Shown here piece after piece: positions 1 to 10,699 of a stretch of DNA of 21,834 nt. The stretch comes from Octopus sinensis (taxonomy: Eukaryota): the NCBI RefSeq assembly GCF_006345805.1, contig NW_021823693.1, positions 1 through 21,834 of the forward strand. Direction: 5' to 3'. The notes beneath the pieces are model-generated. The model saw only the letters and a list, made by a program, of their open reading frames with translations. It searched no databases and was not told the DNA's origin. Position numbers and translations under genes: made by a program. Every line of letters starts with the position of its first letter. Position 1 is the first letter of the stretch.

Positions 1-310
1 TTCGTGACTGTGTCATTCCTTTCCATCTTGGTTCAAATCTTTTAACTAAATTGTCATCCCATTGCCGTGAAGGTCTTCTGTGTGGCTTTTCTTTTGATCT
101 CTTGGACACCACTCAGTATTTGCATGGGTCCACCTGTCATCAGTGAACCTTGCATGGGTCCACCTGTTGTCAATGAACCTTGTCTGGTCCAGCAGAACTT
201 TTGCTTTCAATATTCGGTGAACACATCATTCACTCAGCTACATTCTTGAATTTCTTCATTCTGGATATGTTCTTGTGATGTTGTTATTCCTAGCTGGGAT
301 CATTGCTAAA
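1..310 (-). mobile_element. Decayed RTE-clade LINE, C-terminal end of ORF2
   Basis: Minus-strand translation across stops and frameshifts gives QLGITTSQEHIQNEEIQECS*VNDVFTEY*KQKFCW / RFTDDRWTHANTEWCPRDQK / PHRRPSRQWDDNLVKRFEPRWKGMTQSR. This matches the RTE ORF2 tail pattern (IRNEEIR..., RW...EW.PR..KR..GRP..RW.DD). Confidence 0.8.
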
Positions 311-735
311 TGAGGGCCTTGGTTGCAGAGGGACGGAGGAGGTTGTAAAGGAATCTGCTGGATGTGTAATGTCTGCAGCATTGAATCACAGACCATAAAC
401 GATGAGCTGAGAGAGAAGAAATGATGTTTCCTGATGAGGGCTAGTGCAAGAGAGACAATGTGTCTGGAGGAATTACAGAAGAGGCAAATGTTCCAGATGG
501 AGGGAATCTGTGGAAGAAGAAGACTAAAGATGACCTGAGGTGAAGCAGGGAACCTTATGAATAAAATGACAAAGGACCACAACTTTTGCTGAAGTGATGA
601 GTGAGAAAGGAACCACCTAGCACATACAGGTGTAGAAAATTTGAGATATTAATATGATGATGAAGACTGGCTTCAAATTTTGTCAGAATGTCAGTAATTT
701 CAGTGGCGATGGGGAGGGGTAAGTCTACCAAGTTG

Positions 736-882
736 TTTATATCAATCCCAATGTGCAACTGGTACTTATTTTATCAACCCTGAAAGGATGAAAGACAGGG
801 TGGACTTTGGCAGAATTTGAACTCAGAATAGACGAAATGCCTCTAAGCATTTTGTCTGCTGTGCTAATCATTCTGCCAGTTT
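736..882 (-). mobile_element. Truncated tRNA-derived SINE (family A)
   Basis: Aligns by eye to 10476-10626 (ctggtactta-tttatc..ccc..aaggatgaaag...gaatttgaactcagaat...ttctgccag). It is more diverged, has a small internal deletion and lacks the 3' part. Confidence 0.85.
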
Positions 883-1835
883 TCCACGTTTGAAGTGGTG
901 ATGAATATTTGGACACACAGCATCTGCATCTTGGTCGCTTCCAACCATGTTCTTCATATTCAGTTTCCATATGTTCCTCTCACACTATTCTTTATTTTCT
1001 CATCCATAATTCACTCCATCTCCTAAGCATGAAAATCTTCCAGAAACAGAGATAAGAAACAGACTAAATGGCTGTGATGCAGGACAGTTGGGGGCCATTC
1101 CATTATTTCAAGCTAAATTTTAGGAGTTTGGTCCCTGCAGTTCCAAATACAGCAAAACCCTTGTGTTGTATTATTGTTTACATTCCTGGATGTTAGCATG
1201 AATCTTTGGTAACAGAAATAAATACAACCATTCATCATCATCAGCAGCAGCAGCACCATCCTCAGACACACCACCATTCCAGCTAGGACCACCACTACCA
1301 CCATCATCTCCTGATGTCAGCTGATTTTGTCACTCTTAACACCTTCTAGGATACAATGCATCTATTTTCAAAACTGGGCTACATGCTGCAAATAAACATA
1401 CATAACAATACACACACACACGAGGATGTGCATATAAATGCAAGAAAAATGCATATGCATGTGTGCAGGTGTGCTTAGAAGAGATGCAGTATGAACTCTT
1501 GATGAGCTGGCAAAGACCAGTTGAAACTAGACAAGTTGTTCTTTCATTATTGCAGAAAGGGTCTTCTTGCTTAACCATGAGGGTATCACTTTTTGCAGCA
1601 AGGCTAGATGTATATTTATTGATTATACACACTTAAATTTATTTATGTACAATCTACAAATGCTCTGCCTCATTAATATAAATTGATTTAAAAAAATATA
1701 CATCTCTCTGTGCTTAGATGTGTGTGTAGATCTGTGATAATGTCTTTACATACATATCGATACATACACATATATTTATATACATACATATATACTTACA
1801 CACATGTATTCATACATACACAACAAAACATACAC

Positions 1836-1837
<2 letters not shown>

Positions 1838-1868
<31 letters not shown>

Positions 1869-2045
1869 ACAGCCATTTCATTCTCTTTAAACACAAATCA
1901 ACAATAATAACAGGCATAAACATACTGTTCCTTGCACACACACACACACACACCAGCCATTTCATTCTCTTTAAACACAAATCAACAATAATAACAGGCA
2001 TAAACATACTGTTCCTTGCACACACACACACACACACACACAGCC
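1838..2045. repeat. (CA)n tracts separated by two identical 65-bp units
   Basis: 1870-1934 and 1954-2018 are identical, and each is followed by (CA)n. Confidence 0.95.
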
Positions 2046-2355
2046 TTCCCCTCCACCCCTCCTGGTCTCCTGTGTTAATTGACAATTCAATAACGCCCCA
2101 CCACCCTCCATATCAGACATCCCCCCACCCTGTATCTTTGTAACTTTCTTATATTCTCATCTGAAACTTCAGCAAAATTCCATTCTCAGAACATCAGAAA
2201 CAGCCAAAAGTTTCAAACGAGCCATGGCTTGGATTCTTCCTTCTTTAATCTTCTTCTTTTAGTGAAATGGACAGTAAAGCAGGGGGGGGGGCTCTGAACA
2301 CTGAGCGTAGAAATAATTTATACTACTCTCTCTTTCTATCTATCTATCTCTCTCT

Positions 2356-2357
<2 letters not shown>

Positions 2358-2404
<47 letters not shown>
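2358..2404. repeat. (TA)n microsatellite
   Basis: Direct reading of the sequence. Confidence 0.95.
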
Positions 2405-2407
<3 letters not shown>

Positions 2408-2434
2408 ATTATACACACTTAAATTTATTTATGT

Positions 2435-2634
2435 CGCCATGATAGATCATTAGCCACTGCACACATTTTATTTCTCTCCATGTTTCTCTCCTTGTTTTTT
2501 TCTGTGTCCCTTTCTGTAGAAGAGCGTAGGCTCGAAACGTAAAGACTTTTTCTATTCCTGAGCATTATACAATACATTTGTTTTTTTGTACACCACCTGT
2601 CTTCGTCTTTTTGTTTTTTTCATAAACTCTCCCC

Positions 2635-2637
<3 letters not shown>
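2435..2637 (+). mobile_element. Dispersed repeat (family P), possibly a Penelope-like terminal repeat
   Basis: Homologous to 13756-13930 (gaagagcgtaggctcgaaacgtaaagact vs gaagagcagaggctggaagcataaaagact; acacctgtcttcgtcttt vs acacctgtctttgtcttt). Contains a hammerhead-like GAAACGTA motif. The Penelope assignment is inference. Confidence 0.6.
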
Positions 2638-2701
<64 letters not shown>

Positions 2702-2716
2702 GTGTATATATATATA
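2638..2716. repeat. (TA)n microsatellite
   Basis: Direct reading of the sequence. Confidence 0.95.
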
Positions 2717-2825
2717 ACATGGATGATTATAAACAGGGCAAATTTTAGCCATTTCTCTCTGCAGATTGAAAATAAAAAAACCAACACTCTTAATTGATTT
2801 TCGAACCTTATTGGCTTCTCATCAG

Positions 2826-2937
2826 AGGCGACTACATCATTCTGACAGTCTCCAGAGAAACAAGCAACCAAACTGTTTATATACTCAACAAATGCAGCAG
2901 TTATTCTATGAAGGAGACCCTAATTTCCATACCAAAG
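2826..2937 (+). CDS. Candidate internal exon, product unknown (GDYIILTVSRETSNQTVYILNKCSSYSMKETLISIPK)
   Basis: Acceptor ttggcttctcatcAG and donor AAAG|GTgttt. The frame is open and the phase 0 end joins in frame to the 3998 exon. An alternative frame from acceptors at 2737/2748/2765 is also open, so the frame is uncertain. Confidence 0.3.
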
Positions 2938-3110
2938 GTGTTTAACACCCTATAAATACCAGCAGCCTGTCAACGAGACCTTAGTTCATACAGTATCAAA
3001 GTATGATATAATGAATATTTAACATATGGTATAATTATAAAGAGGGCAAATAAATATACATATGTATATCATAGCTATTTATCATCCTTTATTGTTATAT
3101 ATACCATTAA

Positions 3111-3290
3111 TATCATCATTGCTTTAATGCCAACTTTGTCCATGCTTGCATAGGTTGAACAGAATTTGTTGTGGTGGATATTTTCTACAGCTGGATGCTC
3201 ATCCTGTCACCAACCTTAAACTATTTTGAAGTAAGGTAATATTTCTCATGTTTTTACAGAAGATTGGAAATGAGTTACACTTCTTGATAA
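3111..3290 (-). mobile_element. SINE-like repeat (family B, short subfamily)
   Basis: ttctacagctggatgctcatcctgtcaccaacc is the reverse complement of the family B core seen at about 3776-3810. The minus strand ends in gcatgg...ttaaa..atgatgat. The adjacent part matches 7770-7910. Confidence 0.7.
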
Positions 3291-3660
3291 TCCTACAACT
3301 TTTACATTATACCAAGAGAAGGAGACCCACTCCTCCTGTCAACACATGAAGCATTCTACCTACGTCCATCATGTTTACAGAAGATGTGGCTTTCAATCAC
3401 ATTGGTCACCATCAACGTTTGCAATTCATGTGGGGTTTTTCATCCCATATTTTCATGCTATTATTTACACCTTTATCTACTATTTCAATAAAGAACAATA
3501 CTATATTATGTTTATAAACATATTTTACTATATATATAGATCAAAACAGTTTGATTTAAATTTTGTGGTACTTAAAGTTTCAAAGCATGAGGTGCATATC
3601 ATTGGCCATTGGAAATTTGGAAATTTGCTATTTACATGATAAGATCTACCACAAACTTAC

Positions 3661-3888
3661 TGGCACCTGTGCTGGTGGCATGTGTAAAAGGATTTGAGCA
3701 AGGTTGTTGCCAGTACCGCCTGACTGGCTCCCGTGCCAGTGGCATGTAAAAAAACACCCACTACACTCTTGGAATGGTTGGTGTTAGGAAGGGCATCCAG
3801 CTGTAGAAACTCTGCCAAATCAAGATTGGAGACTGGTGCAACCATCTGGTTCGCCAGCCCTCAGCGGACGTTAAACGATGATGATGAT
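3661..3888 (+). mobile_element. SINE-like repeat (family B) with (GAT)n tail
   Basis: Core ggttggtgttaggaagggcatccagctgtagaaac and tail ggacgttaaacgatgatgatgat. Homologous to 9015-9228 and, in reverse, to 18695-18800. Confidence 0.85.
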
Positions 3889-3997
3889 GGTATTTTCATA
3901 ATATATATTTACTCTTCTGTTTGAATTAACCTTTTGTTTCGCTACCATATGGGTATATTTCTACCATGCATAGTTGGTATTGTACTCTTTCACTTAG

Positions 3998-4152
3998 GTA
4001 GATCAAGCTGGGTTTAATGACCGACCTGCTGATATTGAAGTGGCCAACACAACAATCTTTTATATGCCAGATATATCTGGAGAGGGATGTAACATTCTTC
4101 CTTTACATGTTCTTAAAAGTGCTTCTGCAGTTGAAGAAACTGCTTTTTTGAG
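3998..4152 (+). CDS. Probable internal exon, product unknown (VDQAGFNDRPADIEVANTTIFYMPDISGEGCNILPLHVLKSASAVEETAFL)
   Basis: Good acceptor tgtactctttcacttAG, then 51 stop-free codons of non-repetitive, protein-like composition in AT-rich DNA. The donor AG|GTtaaa lies just before an in-frame TAG. All three minus frames contain stops. Protein family not recognised. Confidence 0.5.
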
Positions 4153-4261
4153 GTTAAATTAGATTTTGTGAAATGAATTTAACATTGGTACTCTTGTTTA
4201 GGTAAGGAAGTTATTCTTTCCATTTCTTCAAACTCAAAGTCAATACACATATGTAGATATA

Positions 4262-4297
4262 GATATAGATGTGTGTGTGCAATATATATACATATAC

Positions 4298-4352
<55 letters not shown>

Positions 4353-4353
4353 A

Positions 4354-4387
<34 letters not shown>

Positions 4388-4580
4388 CTATATATATATA
4401 TATATGTACACACACATATACATATGATATACATATGTATGTATTTATATTCATAGATGTGTATATATATATATGTACACACACATATACATATGATATA
4501 CATATGTATGTATTTATATTCATAGATGTGTATATATATATGTACACACACACACACATACATATGATATACATATGTAC
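4262..4580. repeat. (TA)n tract followed by about 2.5 copies of a 66-68 bp TA/CA-rich unit
   Basis: The unit tatgtacacacacatatacatatgatatacatatgtatgtatttatattcatagatgtgtatata is repeated from about 4403. Confidence 0.9.
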
Positions 4581-5142
4581 ATACCCACACACATATATTG
4601 AGAGATACTTACATACATAAATACTCACACACATCTGAGTGTGTATATCTGTATATATATAAATTGAAAAAGAAAGTGTATGTGTGTATGTGTGTTTATG
4701 TATATGTGCATATGTGTCTATGTATGTATATGTGTGTGTGTGTGAATTGAGAGATAGAGTTTGTATGAGGATGTCTCTAAGAATATTCCAAAAATGAGAA
4801 AGTGTTGATAAATTTTAAGATTAGGTGAATATTAAATGCAGAGACTTGTCAAATATCTCACCTACAGACCTCCCCTTCCTTCCTCCCCTACCTCACCCCA
4901 GTACTTTATTTCTAACACTTTTCTCTCCCCCCCCACTCTCTCTCTCTCTTTCTCTCCCTCCCCTCAATGTCTCTCCTGGTTTTCTTTTTCCTTGACTCCT
5001 CTTCTCAGTTTTATCTTTAAAACAATTGTTCTTTTAAGCTACACACCTCACCATAACTTAACCCACCTTCCCTTAACCCGCGTTCCTCCTCTCCCTCTTT
5101 CTCTCACTCTCTCTATATGTATATATATATAGAGAGAGAGAA

Positions 5143-5296
<154 letters not shown>

Positions 5297-5578
5297 GTTG
5301 AGCACTTCCCATCCCTTCAATATTCTGGCCTTTATAACCCACCAATACCCTCAGCCCCACACACGATCACCCTCCCTTCCTGCTCCCCCCCCCTCAACTA
5401 CACCAGAAAATCTTATTATTCTATATACACTCCCCTCTTCGCCACCCAGGCACCCCATTATGATATTAACACACAAACCTAACTTAAAACTTGATTAAAA
5501 TTTCAAATCCTCAACCAGTTTTCAGCAGCAAAATTTTTTATAATGTCTGTGTGTCTTTGTTAAATATTTTATTGGTTG

Positions 5579-5581
<3 letters not shown>

Positions 5582-5648
<67 letters not shown>
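5582..5648. repeat. (TG)n microsatellite
   Basis: Direct reading of the sequence. Confidence 0.95.
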
Positions 5649-5650
<2 letters not shown>

Positions 5651-6539
5651 CTTACACTGTGTGTGTTTAAATATTTCATTTGTATCTGTGTATAAGTATA
5701 TATGCATGCATGTTTGTGCATGTGTGCATGTATGCATTGATGTATGTGCACATGTATGTACATACACATTATTTTGCATGTTCTATGCATGTTATTAGAA
5801 TTATATGCACGTTACTCTATGAGAGTGTGTTTATGTGTTTGTATGCATGTGTGTGTGTGTGTGTGTGTGTCCGTGTTATTTTACATGTTCCGTAAATATT
5901 GTTACAGAATATTGTATATGTCTTTCTCTGTAGCATGTGCGTGTGAGTGTGTGTGTGTATACGGATGTGCGTGTGCATGCGTGTGTGTGTATTGATGCAT
6001 TTCTAAGTATGTTTAACAAAATATGTGATATATATTTACATATATTTATTATATGTACACACTCATATACGAATGTGTATGCATACTTCCATATATATAT
6101 ATATATATAATATATATATATATATATAATATGTATATATATATATTATACGAATAGATATACACACACATACGTTTATGTGTGTGTGAGTGTGTGTATT
6201 TTTAAAATGTATGGAGGTGGTAGAACTTTTTTCTCAGTATTTTTCTATTTCTATTTTAAATTATTAAATACAATTTTGCTGTTGTTGTTGTTGATGTCGT
6301 TGTTGTTGTTGTTGTGAGTCTTGTGTTTATATTTGTCTTAAATCCTTAATAAACCAGCTTTATTTCTTTTTAAATACTCCTCCCACCCTATCTTTCTCAC
6401 CTTCCTTTTTCTCACTCCTCCTTCCCCTCTCATCATCTTCACCCTCCCTCTTATTCATATTACCCCTCATACACACACACAAATAAATCTCAGAAACAAC
6501 AGAAATACACTTTGTTTCATATACAAGTATACATATTCA

Positions 6540-6808
6540 TGAATATATAGAGACGTGCGTATGTGTGTTATGTGCACACACATACACACATATATAAATA
6601 TATATATATATGCATATATACATACATATGTATATATATATATATATATAATATATATGATATATATGTATATATATATATATGTCTTCTGTCCATGGCC
6701 GGTGAAGCGAATGTCTACTTTGTATGCTATATATAGTATGTTGCACTCACACACGAATATATTATGTTAAAAATGTTTGTTGGTTACAACACGTTTCATT
6801 TTACAATC

Positions 6809-6888
<80 letters not shown>

Positions 6889-7170
6889 GTTTATATAAAT
6901 GTATATATACCTATGCACACACACACACACGCGCGCACGCACATGTACAGATATATATGCATATATATATATACATGTATATATATATATACAGACACAC
7001 ATAGACAGATACATTTGTATATACATACATAAATGTATAAATACACACACACACATATATATACATATATATTCATTCATGCAATACAGACATGCATTAC
7101 AAACATACACGCATACATACACTACACACATACATACACAGATGCATGCACACATACACATATACATTTG
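6540..7170. repeat. Low-complexity TA/CA region, including (TA)n at about 6811-6875
   Basis: Direct reading of the sequence. Confidence 0.9.
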
Positions 7171-7489
7171 AGTGACAAGCATGAGAGTCATCACCTTTTC
7201 AAGAACATCCACACACACACACACCTTTGTAAGTATAGACGCACACAACCTTAGCTCAAAATAAACAGAGGTGTTAGAGAGGATGGTGGGTGGTGGGAGT
7301 GGAGAGCCTTTTTAAGAAATTCAAAGCTCTAAAGTGTTTTCAGATATTTTCAGAGAAAATCCCCTTAAAACAATTGTTTCTTCCAATCCTGCAGTTGTTG
7401 TTGTTGTTGTTGTCATCATTGTTGTTGTTGTTGTTGTTGATACAGCGCTACTTATTGTTGTTGTTGTTAGTGGTGTTGTTTAGTTTTTG

Positions 7490-7545
7490 GAGGTCAGATC
7501 TGACCCAATAAATCTATAGTCAAAGGCATTCCCACCATGACCTTA
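7490..7545 (+). repeat. Short dispersed repeat (family D)
   Basis: atctatagtcaaaggcattcccaccatgacc resembles acctatgatcaacggcattccagccctgacc at about 9765-9795. Confidence 0.6.
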
Positions 7546-7769
7546 CCACAATTTTCATTCAAACACTATCTTATGAAAAATGTGTTTTCATTATGTAAAG
7601 CTGATACATTGCAATTTAAGGGAGATTGGCTGCTATTTCAGAGACTTTTGTTTATCCATTGGTGTTTCTGGTGTAAACAAATAACTGTCTGTCTGTGCGT
7701 CCAATGTGTGGAACACCCAGATTGGCACAATGAAATATAATGACTAATAACAGAGCAAGATGGCGTTCA

Positions 7770-7910
7770 TTGAGGTAGATTTTCTACAGATGGATGCCCT
7801 TCTTCTTGGCAACCCTCACCTGTTTCCAAGCAAAGTAACATTTCCCCAAGACCAGACATGTTTTTGTGGAACCTTGGAAGTGAATCACATTCGTTTACAA
7901 CTGTCATAGG
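7770..7910 (-). mobile_element. SINE-like repeat (family B, short subfamily)
   Basis: ttttctacagatggatgcccttcttcttggcaacc...aagtaacatttc...catgttttt matches 3181-3270. Confidence 0.7.
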
Positions 7911-7980
7911 ATTGTGCAATGTCAGACAATGATGCGCAAACACACATACACGCGTGCACACACACACACACATGCAAAGG

Positions 7981-8630
7981 GGAAGGTCAACAGAAAAAGT
8001 AGAATTTGTTTGTGGCAGATGTGCATGTGCAATAGATAATTAGAACACATGGGAATTAGGTGTGTTGAAATGCCAAGAGACTCCCTAGAAATAGAAGGTA
8101 GTCTCGGTGACCTAATTAGCAGTTGAGGAGGATGCTCTGAAAGGATAGTTGCTAGAACACAAATTAGTTGGAAGAAACTTGGTAACAAAAGGTCTCTCTC
8201 TCTCAATGTGAAAGGCAGATTAATGATGCTTGTATACCAGCAACAATGCTCCGTGCATGTGCAACTTGGACTGTGAATGCTGAGGTCATGCAAAGACTGG
8301 CAAGATATGAAACTAGAATATGCCAATGAATGTGCAGTGTCAATGTACATGTAAGATAAAGTACAAGTGTGCTAAGCAAAAGAATTGATGTAAGAGGCAT
8401 TGAATGTGTGCATCAGGAAAGACTGCACTCATATGGTTATGTGATGCAGATGGATAAGGACAGCTGTATAAAGAAGTGTTGGTCACTAAATGTGGAAAGG
8501 AGGAGGACTGTGGAAGAGAAAGACCTAAAAAGACATGAAATATGGTGGTGAACACTAGCCTCAAGATGGTGAGCCTCTCATAGGAGATGAGAGGGGACTG
8601 GGATGAACGGTGATGTATTGTGCTTGACCC
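7981..8630 (+). mobile_element. Decayed RTE (BovB-like) LINE, C-terminal part of ORF2
   Basis: Translation across stops and frameshifts gives LGDLISS*GGCSERIVARTQISWKK / LVTKGLSL / VKGRL / DACIPATMLRACATWTV / QERLHSYGYVMQMDKDSCIKKCWSLNVE / CGRERPKKT*. This is the RTE post-RT region (LGD.I...GG......R....W.KF; RL.WYGHV.RM; GRGRP.KTW). Confidence 0.85.
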
Positions 8631-9014
8631 ATCCATCTCAACACAACTGAGATTCTGTCAAACCTTCCCCACCTCACATCTTCCAGCACCCATCTTTCCA
8701 TCAATCTTCTATGTTACCCTGTTTCCTTCTTTCATTTCCCCTTCACTGAACTCAAACCCTCTCCATCCAACTCATTCCCTCTCTCTAATAATCTGTTATA
8801 CTATTTTCACTCACAGTATTTACCTTCACATCCACCTTTTCTGCTCATTTATCCTCTTCTCTCTCATATTCACCTTGTACCTGTATCTCATATCTCTTTC
8901 TTTCTCTCTCTTCTCATTTTCAGGTGAGCAAGTCTTGTTTTCACCTATTTCAGCAAGGCACCTGCTCCTTGTCCTTCTATCACAGTTTCTTATCCCTACA
9001 TTATAGACCCCATT

Positions 9015-9228
9015 CAGTTGAGGAGTCTTACCTTGTGAGTACTTGGTAACCAAACAAAAAGCACCCAGTACACTCAGTTAAGTGGTTGGCATTAGGAAGG
9101 ACATCGAGCTTTAGAAACCATGCCAAAGCAGACACGGGACCCGGGGCAACCCTCTGGCTTGTCTGTTCTTGTTGAACCTTCCACTCCATGCCAGATTGGG
9201 AAAAGGGATGTTAAATGATGATGATGAT
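9015..9228 (+). mobile_element. SINE-like repeat (family B)
   Basis: aagcacccagtacactc..aagtggttggcattaggaaggacatc and tail gatgttaaatgatgatgatgat. Homologous to about 3750-3888. Confidence 0.8.
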
Positions 9229-9237
9229 ATACAACAG

Positions 9238-9382
9238 ATTCCTTTCAGTTTCCGTCTATCAAATACACTCTCAAGGCATTTGGTCAGCCTGAGGCTATAG
9301 TAGAAGACACTTGCCCAAGGTGAGTCCACATTGGGACTGACCCCACAACCATGTGGTTGAGAAGCAAACCTCTTACTGCACA
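9238..9382 (-). mobile_element. tRNA-derived SINE with CORE-like ACCTTGGGCAAGT motif (family C)
   Basis: The minus strand reads ggtttgcttctcaaccacatggttgtggggtcagtccca...accttgggcaagtgtcttctactatagcc...gagagtgtatttgatagacggaaactgaaag. Homologous to 11465-11610. Confidence 0.75.
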
Positions 9383-9435
9383 TCAAACCTTCACTTATAC
9401 ATACAGAGATACATAGGCACTTACAAATATGTGTT

Positions 9436-9472
<37 letters not shown>

Positions 9473-9704
9473 AAAGTGTAAAAGGGTAAATATATGCAAA
9501 ATCCCAGTCTAATGTGGTGCTGAGTTTTAATTAACCAATTAACATATTTGTTTCTAATTAAGCTGCAACCATTGTATCTCTATGTTGACGTCCTTAAATG
9601 TAGGGGCCTTAAGCATGGCTGTCATAGAGGACAGTCCATTGGACAGGTACAAAGCTCTAGAGTACAGACCGATATGACCCCATTTTAGACAATGTAGGGA
9701 ATTT

Positions 9705-9805
9705 GGGAAGGGAAATTTGGCTGGTCATTATTGTTTAGCCCCAAGAAGAGCTATGATTGAGCTGACCTATGATCAACGGCATTCCAGCCCTGACCATCCA
9801 TCTTA
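9705..9805 (+). repeat. Short dispersed repeat (family D)
   Basis: tttagcccc...gacctatgatcaacggcattccagccctgaccatcc. Matches 7490-7545, and 10700-10768 in reverse. Confidence 0.65.
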
Positions 9806-9898
9806 ATTCCAGATAATTTAGTTCTAGAAGCACAATGTTTCCAAATTTTACACCTGTAAATCATAATTTGGTGTGATCGTTTTTCACCTGATGTTCAG

Positions 9899-9973
9899 TT
9901 TATGAAATTGAAAGTGGATCGAATATTCAAAGAAGACATTATGAAACCAAGCAACAGAGCCTGATGGGGGCAG
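9899..9973 (+). CDS. Candidate 75-nt exon (YEIESGSNIQRRHYETKQQSLMGA), phase 1-1
   Basis: Acceptor ttttcacctgatgttcAG, donor CAG|GTgatg, open frame. No homology recognised. Confidence 0.3.
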
Positions 9974-10011
9974 GTGATGTCATTTACTATTTGCCCACCC
10001 CTGTCCTAGAC

Positions 10012-10357
10012 CAGTAGTTCTCAACCAAGGGCCATATGGTCCCTGAGCATCCATATAAAAATTTTGGCGGGGGAGGGAGCCCACACAATAAAATAGCAAA
10101 TTGGGGATCCACAATAGTATTTTAAGGGCCCCTAAAAAAATTCTGCATTAGACATATGTATTGGAAGAAATAGGTGGGTCTCTTTCACTAATATTTTACA
10201 CAGTTTCAACCTACACAATCGAATGTGTGGAAAGAGGAATAAATAATATTCTATAAAACTAGATTTTAAACATTGAATGGCGATGGGGGTCCACCAGAAT
10301 CAAATAGCAATCAAAGGGGTCCTGAGATAAAAAAAGAAAAATGGTTGAGAAGCCCTT
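10012..10357. mobile_element. Non-autonomous hAT (Charlie-like) MITE
   Basis: TIRs cagtagttctcaacc (10012-10026) and ggttgagaagccctt (10343-10357) match at 11/15. Flanking 8-mers tcctagac and acttagac match at 6/8 and resemble the NTCTAGAN target of Charlie elements. No coding capacity. Confidence 0.75.
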
Positions 10358-10400
10358 ACTTAGACCATTACTAACTACCACCACCAACACACACACAACT

Positions 10401-10632
10401 ACCTATTTCTTTACTACCCACAAGGGACTAAACACAGAGGAGACAAACAAGGACAGACAAATGGATTAAGTCGATTATATCAACCCCAGTGCGTAACTGG
10501 TACTTAATTTATCGACCCCAAAAGGATGAAAGGCAAAGTCGACCTCGGCGGAATTTGAACTCAGAATGTAAGGGCAGACGAAATCCTGCTAGGCATTTCG
10601 CCTGGCATGCTAACCTTTCTGCCAGCTCACAC
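10401..10632 (-). mobile_element. Near full-length tRNA-derived SINE (family A)
   Basis: The minus strand has an A-box-like TGGCAGAAAGG (10614-10624) and a B-box-like GAGTTCAAATTCC (10550-10562), a central gcctttcatccttttggggtcgataaattaagtacc, and a 3' tail ending gtagtaaagaaataggt. Confidence 0.9.
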
Positions 10633-10699
10633 GCACAACTACAATCCATACCATTACACATTTCTCTGAAACCCTTGTTATATTAAATCTGAATGAAAA

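Noticed and set aside
1124-1208. Candidate + strand exon with a good GTaaca donor
   Set aside because: It ends in TG (phase 2), and joining it to the next phase 2 acceptors (which start with A) creates TGA.
1870-2045. Repeat-spacer pattern resembling CRISPR
   Set aside because: There are only two 65-bp units, the spacers are (CA)n, the context is eukaryotic and there are no cas genes.
2910-3328. 11-bp repeat gaaggagaccc at 2910-2920 and 3318-3328
   Set aside because: Too short to exceed chance in 22 kb.
10545-10632. Possible tRNA gene
   Set aside because: Only A/B-box similarity is present. I could not fold a cloverleaf, and it continues into a multi-copy SINE body.
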